Positions 54,582 through 64,000 of a DNA stretch of 64,000 nucleotides are shown piece after piece (positions within the stretch are counted from its first letter, which is position 1; the number at the start of each line of letters is the position of its first letter). A program made the translations under genes and the position numbers. The notes under the pieces are model-generated. The model was not told the DNA's origin. It worked only from the letters and a program-made list of their open reading frames with translations, and searched no databases. This DNA is from Salpingoeca rosetta (lineage: Eukaryota > Protista > Choanoflagellata), in assembly GCA_033442325.1 (NCBI GenBank), contig JAWQFM010000028.1, positions 912,558-976,557 of the forward strand, given 5' to 3'.

Positions 54582-56468
54582 TCATGCAAACGTCCATCTG
54601 TGGACCTTCTGGCGATAGGTGCTGTTCATGTGCTTGTCGGAGGTGTGGATGATGGAGTCTGTCACGGTGGGAAAGGCCAGGGGAGGGTTCAGCACGCGCA
54701 CGGGCACGCCAATGTCTGCCAGCCGGGGCCAGGCGTGGTCGACGGGCAGGTGTGCAAACGCCGGGTCCGCCAGCCACGCGTGCATGAGCCGCACGGCCTC
54801 CGTGTCCACCACAAAGGCAAACGTGCCGTACGTGGCGTTGGCGGCGTTGTAGCAGATGCGGTCTGCAACGTTGGGCTGCGCAGAGATCTCCGTGTCAATC
54901 TGGATCCACCCAGACGTCCACTTGGACACGCGCGGGTACGTGCCCTCGCGCCAGACGGTGCCGCCAAGCAGCAGCGCGCCGCCGGGCGCAACAGACAGGA
55001 ACTGCCCGCACCGCTCGTTCGTGCGCAGGATGTGGTCGAGCTTCTCTGCAAAGCCGGGCCCCAGGATGGTGTCGTCCTCAAGGAACAGGTGCAGCTGCGG
55101 CGCGTCGGCGGACGCGTCTGCTGCCAGCAGGATGTCTCCCATGGCCCGCAGGTACGCCAGCCGCAGCCCAATCACGCTCGGGGACGCCGTCGGCGCGTCG
55201 CTCTTCTCAAAGTTGCCAATCAGGTCCTGGAACAGCTGCGGCCCGTCAATGCCGGCCACCATCTGCGTCGTGACGCCCAGCGACCGCAGCGTCTGCGTCA
55301 GGTTCGTCGCCCGCCGCACAGAGTCCGGGCGGCTCGGCAGGTACACGGTGTATGCCTTGAGCTGCGCCAGCGTCTTCGGGTGCGTCGGCGCCCGCGTCGG
55401 GCACTCGCGCAGGTCAAGGCCGCACAGCTCGTACTGCCGCGCCGGGTTGTGCACGCACATGCGCTGCACGAGCGTCTTGGTGTCGTCGGGCATGGGGATG
55501 GGCAGGTGGAAGAGCGGCAGGCGCATGGCCTGCGTGGCCGCGTGCAGGCTGCGCATGTCCTCGGGCGTCTGCAGCGGACGCACCGTCACGGCCTGCACAA
55601 AGCTGCTGTAGAACCTGTGGTGCACGGGGGGCGACATGGCGCCCATGGGCTTGATCACGGTGCCGTTTGCAGCAACGTCCCAGTACCGGTGCATGAAGGC
55701 CCACTTGAACCTGCGGTCAATGTGCTCCATGCACGACACCTTCGCCACGAGCTGCACAACATACGAGAAGGCGCGGTCGCCGCTGTGCGGCAGCATGCCC
55801 TGCGGCAGCTCCTCCGTACCGGACGGCAGCATGTTGAGCAGCTTGGCGGTGATGACGTGGGCCGGGCCGAGGCAGAAGGGCGCAACGTCCTCCGCAGGGC
55901 TGTCCTCGCTGTCGCCGACGCGCATGCCCGCAAACAAGGGCTTCGACGACGGCATGTGCGTGGCCAGCTCCACGAGGTTGTTGAGGTTGACGTACGTATC
56001 CGCGTGCACCCGCAAGAAGTGCGTGTATCGGCTGCCCAGGATGGACTTGACCTTGTCCCACATGCACAGCACCTTGGCGATGGGCGAGTCCCGCTGCGAG
56101 CACTCGGGCATGTGCATCACCATGTCCTGCTCCAGCGCGGCATCCCCAAAGCAGCCCGGGCGCGAGCCGTCCACCACAAACTTGGCCGTCGCAAACTTGC
56201 GGGCCACCGTCCCTGGCGCGTACCACGTGTCGAGGATGGTGGGCGCCAGCTGCGCCGCGGTGTCGCAGTCCGTGGCAATGGCGATGAACACGCGCGTGCC
56301 CTGTGCCGCCGCGTAGTCGAAGGCAGCCTGCGTCGACTTGGGCAGGGAAAAAGTGGCGCCAACGCCGCTGCCCGCCATCGCCACGGCGCACACGCAGCAC
56401 ATGACCACCACGACCGCCGCCGCGGCCGATGACGTCGATGACAGCGGCAACGGTGACGTGCGCCGCAT
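54582..56468 (-). CDS. Intronless secretory-pathway double glycosyltransferase: GT31 (Fringe/C1GalT-like) domain + GT25-like domain
   Basis: N-terminal hydrophobic segment; IAIAT...ILDTW...FLRVHADTYVNLNNL...KPLFAG...FCLG..HVIT (GT31-like); then YTVYLPSRPD..R...AGIDG...IGL...LFLEDD...YGTFAFVV...PVD (GT25-like). Confidence 0.7.
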   Translation of the reverse strand: MRRTSPLPLSSTSSAAAAVVVVMCCVCAVAMAGSGVGATFSLPKSTQAAFDYAAAQGTRVFIAIATDCDTAAQLAPTILDTWYAPGTVARKFATAKFVVDGSRPGCFGDAALEQDMVMHMPECSQRDSPIAKVLCMWDKVKSILGSRYTHFLRVHADTYVNLNNLVELATHMPSSKPLFAGMRVGDSEDSPAEDVAPFCLGPAHVITAKLLNMLPSGTEELPQGMLPHSGDRAFSYVVQLVAKVSCMEHIDRRFKWAFMHRYWDVAANGTVIKPMGAMSPPVHHRFYSSFVQAVTVRPLQTPEDMRSLHAATQAMRLPLFHLPIPMPDDTKTLVQRMCVHNPARQYELCGLDLRECPTRAPTHPKTLAQLKAYTVYLPSRPDSVRRATNLTQTLRSLGVTTQMVAGIDGPQLFQDLIGNFEKSDAPTASPSVIGLRLAYLRAMGDILLAADASADAPQLHLFLEDDTILGPGFAEKLDHILRTNERCGQFLSVAPGGALLLGGTVWREGTYPRVSKWTSGWIQIDTEISAQPNVADRICYNAANATYGTFAFVVDTEAVRLMHAWLADPAFAHLPVDHAWPRLADIGVPVRVLNPPLAFPTVTDSIIHTSDKHMNSTYRQKVHRWTFA

Positions 56469-57298
56469 CGCTCGTGTGTGTGTATGTGTGGGAAGGGGGA
56501 TGAAAAGGGGAGGAGGAGGAGGAGGAGGAGGAGGAAGGCGGGATGCAGCAGTGTGGGGAAGCAGTGTGGGGAAGCAGGCGCACACTAAAAGGAGGTTTCG
56601 CGCGCAAACGCAGGCGCAGACGATGCGAACGAAGTGGAACAGCAAGACTGAGTGTGAAATGAATGGATGGGTGAGTGAATGAAGGAGTGAGTGGGTGACA
56701 AGGGATGGGGGGGTGAGTGAGTGAATGAAGGAGTGTGAGAGTGTGTGAGGTGGTGCGTGAGTGCGGGTTGCTGGTGGTGTGAGCAGCGTGACTGCCGCAA
56801 TGGATGGATGGGATGGATGACGTTTGTGGCTGTTGTTGGTTGTGTGTGTGGGAAAACGTGAGAAACCCTGAATTCAGGGAACGGTTTCTCGTGCGGCAGC
56901 ATTCCACCGCGGATGGAGGGGCTTGTGTGGGGCGATGCGTGGCTGTCTCTCTCTCTCTCTCTCGCGTCCAGCAAGTCTCAGTGGTTCTCTCTAATAAGCT
57001 CTAAGAAGAGGTGTTGACGACGGAAGGACGGACTGGGTTCACATCACGACATACACAGGACTTTCTTGTCTTGCCACCAAATGAACACGCTCGACAACAA
57101 AGCTCCAATCACGCGATGAGGCGATGCACAGAACAAAACAGCAAGCAAAGTGCCAACGCTCCAACGTGCAAGCTCCTCGTGAACAAAGGGTAACGGTGTG
57201 TCGTCACACAACAAAGGCGGGGGAAACTAAATGGTAGGATGCAGGCAGGCAAACAGACACACACACACACACACAGACACACACATGCACACATGTGG

Positions 57299-60200
57299 CT
57301 AGAGTTGCGCTGTGAGTGCTGCTTTGTTCACCTTGACAAACACTTTCGCAAATGGCAAGACCTGCGCCTCTTGTGAGACTACATACTCCTCAAAGTCAAA
57401 GGTGCCAGGTGTGGGCGCTCTGGTGGATTGGTAGCCCATGCGCTTTGTGACTTGGATGTAGTGGGTGTTGCAGCCTTTATGCAGCGGTTTGCCCCAGAAC
57501 TTCTTGCACTTGTTTTCCCCAGACGATGGGTAGTCCTTACTCCTGGTGATCGGGTATGCGAGGCCGACGCTGACAGCGCACAGGAGCATCACGTGCTCCC
57601 CGTCTGCGTTGGGCGGGCGCCAATTCCCAGTCAGCAGGGTGGTTGCGTAGCCAGCCGCGCAATTGGCTTGCGGCGTGAGGTAGATGCCAGCACCAAAGAA
57701 GCCAGGGTCGTTCGGGTTACTGAGGTTGGCGGTACCCGCGGCGGTGATGTCGTCGGCGACAGCCTCGTCACAGCCGTGGAAACCAATCAGCACGTTGACG
57801 TGCTTCACGCTGTCGGGTGTTTCTGCAAACTGCGTCTTGAGCCGATTGAGCATGCCTTGTTTCTCCGGATCGCCAGCCCCAAAGTCCTTGTTGAAGGGCT
57901 TTTGACCACCACGACGAGTCGCCGATTTCTTCATTTCGGTGTGAAAGGCATCGAGCATTGTGGTGGACTTGGTCATCTCTACGCGCGACAGGGTGAGGCC
58001 CGGCGCCATCTGACTCTCTATCCACCGGTAGAGGTCTGTGTCTGGTGGCAGCGGTGCTGAATACACGCCATGTTCACTCGGTCCGCTCCACGGAAGCTGC
58101 TCATCAAAGGTGTCATCAAGCCGCCACGCGCGGTGGTGCCACTCGTGATCGCGCAATTGCCAGGAGGGCATGACGGGTGATTGTTGCGTGGGTGCTTGCA
58201 GCAGCAGATCGCCAACGCGATCGGACACTGGGTTCTGGCCTTCCCTGTGGTGCGTGGACGTGACGAGCTCGTCTGTGCCCTTGTCCGTCAGGGCCTCGAG
58301 CTTGTGCGCGGCTGGGTGGTTTTCGTGGCGCTTCAGGTGTTTCGTGCTGAGGACGAGGTGGACATGGTCAATCCCCCTTGCTTCCTCTTGCAGCAAACAC
58401 AGCACCTACCATCAGTACCGCAAGCGAGCAGAGGATGAGCAGAGGATGGGATGAGGGTGAAAGATCAAAGCTGGCCATTCGCTGGTAAGCGATGGGCACA
58501 ACAACGCAAGCTCACACACACAACATACATGCCCACAAGCACTCACATTCACTCACAATCGCTCACAAACTGACTTTTGTCATGAATGGCAGGGCCTTGT
58601 GCTCTGCGCCGCCGGGTGCCCTCACCCACACATCCACTTCTCGATCGCCCCGCAGCAGGCCAAGGCACTGCACACCATCACGCTTGCAGCAGAAGGCATT
58701 CTTCCACACCCTAAGGTTTGTGCCAAACGAATTGTGCAACAAAGTCTGCACGTGCGGGAAGAAGCCCGGTGGTAACGCAAGTGCCTTGCTCTCGACCACC
58801 AGCAGTCGTCCACTGTAGACGGGCCAGAAGCCCGTTCGAGGCCAGGCATCGTCAAGATCGACCTCCTTCTCAACATGGCTCGGCAGCATGAATTGCCGCT
58901 GGCCATCGTCCGAAGGCGGCAGCTCGAAGCAGAGGAGCGTGTGCTGCAGGACGTTGATGACGAGGTCTGCGCTAGCAATGCCTCGGAATGCGGTCTCCAG
59001 GTCCGTGAAGGTCACGACGCCTTTCGTGGTAATGGAGCCTTGTTGCACGCCATCTGGCGTCAGCGCTCTCCCCAACACGTCATGAAGCAGCCAGTTCGGG
59101 TCGACGAAGATGAAATCCGCCAAGGATGGGGTGTTGGAATACCACAGAAGATCACCGCGCGAGTGGAGGTACCTGTGGACAGAAATTCAGAAGCAGGGGA
59201 GCAGGTGACGGGTGTGAGCGCGCAACGCACGATTGAGGGTTGAAGGGGTGGGGCATTTTAGTGAACACCTCAACCGCCACGGCGCGTGCACACACACACA
59301 CACGCACACACAGACACACACACACAGACACACACACACACACACACAGACACACACACACACACGCGCGCGCGCGCGCGCGCGCGCGCGCTCGCCCGTT
59401 TTGCCTGCCTGAGTGTTTGGTGAAAGGGGTCCTCGTGGATCATCGAGATGAGGTCGATGCCATTCCCGCTGCCTCGAACAAAGTCCAATAAATCATCCAC
59501 GCGCCACATCGCCTTGCTCTTCGCTGCTTTCTTTAAGGCCCCTGCCACTTCATTCACCACCTGTGGCACCAGCATTTTGAGTCCTTTCAGCCACCGCCAA
59601 TGGTCAACAAGCTGTGATCGGAGCACGTCAAAACCAGCCTCGCCACCCTGATGACAGTTGAGCGGGGTAAGAGTAGCTTGGATATCGATGATGCTGCCGA
59701 AGGTGTGCTGTAGGTGCGCGACCATCGCTGCGCCCCACGGCGGCTGCCCATTCGCATCCACAAGTCTTTTCTTGCGAGCAAGGTCTCTCTTGGTGCCCAC
59801 AATGAGCACTCGCGGCTTCACCTCTTCCATGGCATCTTCTGTCTCGCCGCCGCCCGCCGTTGCTGAAGCGGCTGCCATGCCTTGCTGGAGACGTGTGCAG
59901 ATGAACTGCAGCCAGTAGTTGGCGCGCTCCTTCACATGTTCTTTCGGCTCAGACAGGTCGACACAGACGACAAAGGCAGCGAAGCGATCCGACATCATCA
60001 GCGTGTGGATGACGTGATATGCGAGCTGCCCGCCAAAATCATACACGCGAAGAGACGCAGCGTTGTCACCGTCGTTGCCTTGGCTTGTGGTGTCTTTCAA
60101 CTTCATTTCACAGACTCGAATGCCGGGCGTGCGCTCGTTTCGGCGGTCTGGGTCATTTGCTGGTTGGAAGATGGTGCGTGTGAAGCGGCGAAACAGGCTG

Positions 60201-63200
60201 CCTGGCAGGGACTTGATCATGGTGCTTTTGCCAATGCCGTAATCGCCGCATACAAACACCTTTGCTGTCTCAAGAGGGACGGAGCCGGTTTCAAGCAGCT
60301 TCAGAAGATCGAGCTGCTCTTGATAGGCGGCTTTGGCGGAAGAGTCGAACCTGTCCTCTGTTTCGAAATCACTGAAGAGTGCAGAGTGGACGGTGAATGA
60401 GGGGAGGAAAGAAGATGGAGTGGGACGGGTGTTTAAAGCAAGAACAAGACTGGCACACCATTGCTGTACGAACTCACGCGAAGACAACGTCGAAGTGTGG
60501 CTGCTTGGTGCGGAGAGTGGCCAGTGCACGGGCGACGGCGGTGGAGGATTTGAGCTTGTCCTCGTACAGCCTGTGATGCCGTGAAGAGGGAATGTGAGAT
60601 GAAAGAACTTGAACTGAGGTTGAGTGCGGGGGGGGGGCGTGTGCGTGGAGCGAGGTGGCAAGCACACGTGACCTCACAGAATCTTGGCCTTGGCGTCGAT
60701 GCCTTGCAGCTGCTTCAGCACATTCACCATGCCAGACTCCGTGATACCATTGTGGTAAATGCTGTTGGATGAGATTAAGATCAGGTGAGTTGGCAACAGG
60801 AACGAAGCGGGTCACTGTTGCAGGCAGGAATATGCCCTGCTTGCTTGCAACATGTTCGCGCGGCGGCAGTGACAGCGCAACAGCGACGCAGCCCATTTCC
60901 ATCCATACATGTACATGTGTGCGTGTACACACTCACCCGAGCCATGTGAGGGTCGTGTTGTGCTTCAGCATCTCCGCCAACGCCACGGCGCCCTCAGGGC
61001 CGATGGAGTTCTCACTCAGGCTGTCAAGACGGTATGGTGGATGCCACACAGGGGGATGATGCCACATGGGTGAGAAAGAGTGAGTGAGTGAGTGATGATG
61101 ATTGTTGTAGGTGTCAACACAGTCATCAACCACACATGTGCACGTGATAAGGTGCAGCGGCAGTGACGCAGCATACATGTGTGTGCATGTGTGCGTGTGC
61201 GTGTCCACACTCACCCGAGCCATGTGAGGGTCGTGTTGTGCTTCAGCATCTCCGCCAACGCCACGGCGCCCTGGTCGCCGATGGAGTTCTCACTCAGGCT
61301 GTCAAGATGATATGATGCCACGCAGGGGGATGATGCCACATGGATGAGGAAGAGTGAGTGCGTGAGCGTGATGATTGTTGTGGGTGGCAACACAGTCGTT
61401 GAACCCCACCCCACCCCACCACACATGTGCACGTGATAAGGTGCAACAGGCAGTGATGCAGCATACATGTGTGTGTGTGTGTGTGTGTGTGCATGTGTGC
61501 GTGTCCACACTCACTGGAGTTCCTTGAGGGTCGTGTTGTGCTTCAACATCTCCGCCAACGCCACAGCACCCTCATCGCCGATGGAGTTGCCATCCAGGCT
61601 GTCAAGATGATGTGATGCCACACAGAGGGATGATGCCACATGGGTGAGGAAGAGCGTGATGATTGATGTGGGTGGCAACACAGTCATCAATCCACACATG
61701 GGCACGTGATAAAGGTGCAGCGGCAGTGACGCAGCATACATGTACATGTGTGCGTGTACACACTCACTCGAGCAATGTCATGGTCGTGTTGTGCTTCAGC
61801 ATCTCCGCCAACGCCACGGCGCCCTCAGGGCCGATGGAGTTCTCACTCAGGCTGTCAAGACGGTATGGTGGATGCCACACAGGGGGATGATGCCACATGG
61901 GTGAGAAAGAGTGAGTGAGTGAGTGATGATGATTGTTGTAGGTGTCAACACAGTCATCAACCACACATGTGCACGTGATAAGGTGCAGCGGCAGTGACGC
62001 AGCATACATGTGTGTGCATGTGTGCGTGTGCGTGTCCACACTCACCCGAGCCATGTGAGGGTCGTGTTGTGCTTCAACATCTCCGCCAACGCCACGGCGC
62101 CCTTATCGCCGATGGAGTTGTTGCTCAGGCTGTCAAGACGGTATGGTGCCACACAGGGCGATGATGCCACATGGATGAAGAAGAGTGAGTGAGTGCGTGA
62201 TGATGATTGTTGTGCGTGGCAACACAGTCATCAATCCACACATGTGCACGTAATAAGGTGCAACGGCAGTGACGCAGCATACATGTGCATGTGTGCGTGT
62301 GCGTGTCCACACTCACCCGAGCCATGTGAGGGTCGTGTTTTGCTTCAGCATCTCCGCCAACGCCACAGCGCCCTCAGGGCCGATGTCATTGCCAAACAGG
62401 CTGTCAAGTTGGTGTATTGTCACGCAGGGCGATGATGCCACTTGGGTGAGGAAGAGTGAGTGCGTGCGTGAGTGATGATTGCTGTGGGTGGCAACACAGT
62501 CGTTGAACCCCACCCCACCAACCACACATGTGCACATGATAAGGTGCAACAGGCAGTGACGCAGCATACATGTGTGCATGTGTGCGTGTACACACTCACC
62601 CGAGCCATGTGAGGGTCGTGTTGTGCTTCAGCATCTCCGCCAACGCCACAGCACCCTCATCGCCGATGGAGTTGTTGTTCAGGCTGTCAAGACGGTATGG
62701 TGGATGCCACGCGCGATGATGCCACATGGATGAGGAAGAGTGAGTGAGTGAGTGATGACTGCCGCGGGTGGGTGGCAACACAGTCATCAATCCACACATG
62801 TGCACGTAATAAGGTGCAACAGGCAGTGACGCAGCATACATGTACATGTGTGCGTGTACACACTCACTTGAGCCATGTCATGGTCGTGTTGTGCTTCAGC
62901 ATCTCCGCCAACGCCACAGCGCCCTCATCGCCGATGTTGTTGTCCCACAGGCTGTGCAGGCACACAAGGAAACGCAGGGAGCGAAGGTGAACACAGGTCC
63001 AAACATGCGCAAGCAGGGGAGAAAAGGGGTGCAACGTGCAACACCGCCATCCCAGTCAACCATGCATGTCACACGATGCAGATTCATCATCACCACGCAC
63101 AGGAGCGTTTCGAGGCAGGTGTTGTCCTTGAGCGCCTCGGCCACCGCACGCGCCTCAATGACGCCGAGGCCATAACCACCCAAGCTGTAATTTCAAATGG

Positions 63201-63616
63201 TGTGTGTCATGCAATGGGCAAGAAGACTGAGGATGAAGAGAGCAAAAACATGAGGGTGCCAGTCACAACCTGCCACAAACACACATCGTGTGTCTAGGCG
63301 GTGCGAGGGGACAGGACACGTACACGTGAACACCCAACAGCAAGCCACACCAAGCTCATTGCAACACAAGGACAAGCCAAGCAGCAGAGAGAGAGGGGAG
63401 AATAAGCACAAGCACAACCACAAGAAGTGTCCTTGTGTCCAACACATGCATGCATGTTCCAACACGTCGTTTTGGTTGCTTTTGCACTCACCCCACATTG
63501 TCCCCACACGTGTTGTTGGCGATGGCCCTGATCTCTTCCTTCACCCCATCCTTCAGCTTCGTCTGCGCCAGCAACGCCTCCACCTCCTCCCTCGCTCTCT
63601 TCTCTCCGCCGGACAT
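57299..63616 (-). CDS. ROCO protein: LRR (RI-like)-Roc GTPase-COR-PARP-type ADP-ribosyltransferase, 15 exons
   Basis: Exon 1 63616-63492; ten 84-nt LRR exons; a 93-nt exon; Roc exon 60371-59409 (GDYGIGKST, ERTPGI, DFGGQ, TKRD); COR exon 59172-58575 (YLHSRGDLLWY...FVDPNWL, LPPGFFP); last exon 58405-57299 with FHGC, FFGAGIYLT, AAGY, EEYVV. Confidence 0.9.
60937..62951 (-). repeat. Tandem array of eight near-identical 84-nt LRR exons separated by homologous introns (unit about 250-300 bp)
   Basis: Exons at 60937-61020, 61215-61298, 61515-61598, 61768-61851, 62046-62129, 62317-62400, 62600-62683, 62868-62951. Consensus LxxNSIGDEGAVALAEMLKHNTTLTWL; introns gtgagt...cttgacag. Confidence 0.95.
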
Positions 63617-64000
63617 GGCGACGGCGCGTCGTCTTTTCTCCTTGTGGCTTGTTGTGACGTGTTCGTGAGTGACTGGAAGAAGACGACGACAAAATGGACG
63701 ACGACAACTCAACGCGCTGCTTTGTTTGTTTCCTTTGTTTTGTGTGTGTGTGTTTTGCGACTCAGCCATCTGGACGATTCGCAAAACCTTACAGAGGTTA
63801 TCCGCACAGCAGCGCTTCCGTGGAAGATGTTCGTCAACAATCTCATTCGAGCCCTCGTTGTCGACAGAACACAACAAACAAACAGGATGAAGTGCCTCCA
63901 GCCAACCAGCAGCACGCAACTCGCTTTGTCGCGCCGAAAGGAACAACAGCCGCTCCTCCCAGCATCTTTTGGCTTGCCTGGGTCGGACAATACACCAATG

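Noticed and set aside
54159-56432. 757-aa plus-strand ORF
   Set aside because: Antisense shadow of the glycosyltransferase; no motifs.
60937-62951. Regular repeat array resembling a CRISPR array or satellite
   Set aside because: The units are 84-nt coding exons with GT-AG introns; there are no unique spacers and no cas genes.

Overview
Eukaryotic, intron-rich, GC-rich genomic DNA. (GT)n/(CA)n microsatellites fill almost every intron and there are two 100-N scaffold gaps. Gene content and intron style suggest a choanoflagellate such as Salpingoeca rosetta (inference). I reconstructed 13 protein-coding genes by reading splice sites by hand: an ATP7-like Cu(I) P1B-ATPase; a signal-peptide 2OG-Fe(II) dioxygenase; CFAP65-like; an LRR-like protein with an RGG/DR tail; an EF-hand-like coiled-coil protein; an LRR-TM-TKL receptor kinase; SF3A1 (5' end in a gap); a PLAC8 protein; a myristoylated NWD/NPHP3-like STAND-TPR protein; CCZ1; a HET/TIR-like-TPR-PH protein; an intronless GT31+GT25 double glycosyltransferase; and a ROCO gene. 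The ROCO gene (57299-63616, minus) is the most striking feature: LRR-Roc-COR fused to a PARP-type ADP-ribosyltransferase domain with an intact H-Y-E triad. Its LRR region is a tandem array of 84-nt, phase-2/phase-2 exons with near-identical introns. Amino-acid variation is concentrated at the exon-junction beta-strand, which makes it a candidate modular, diversifying sensor-effector receptor. No database searches were run; family calls rest on motif recognition.
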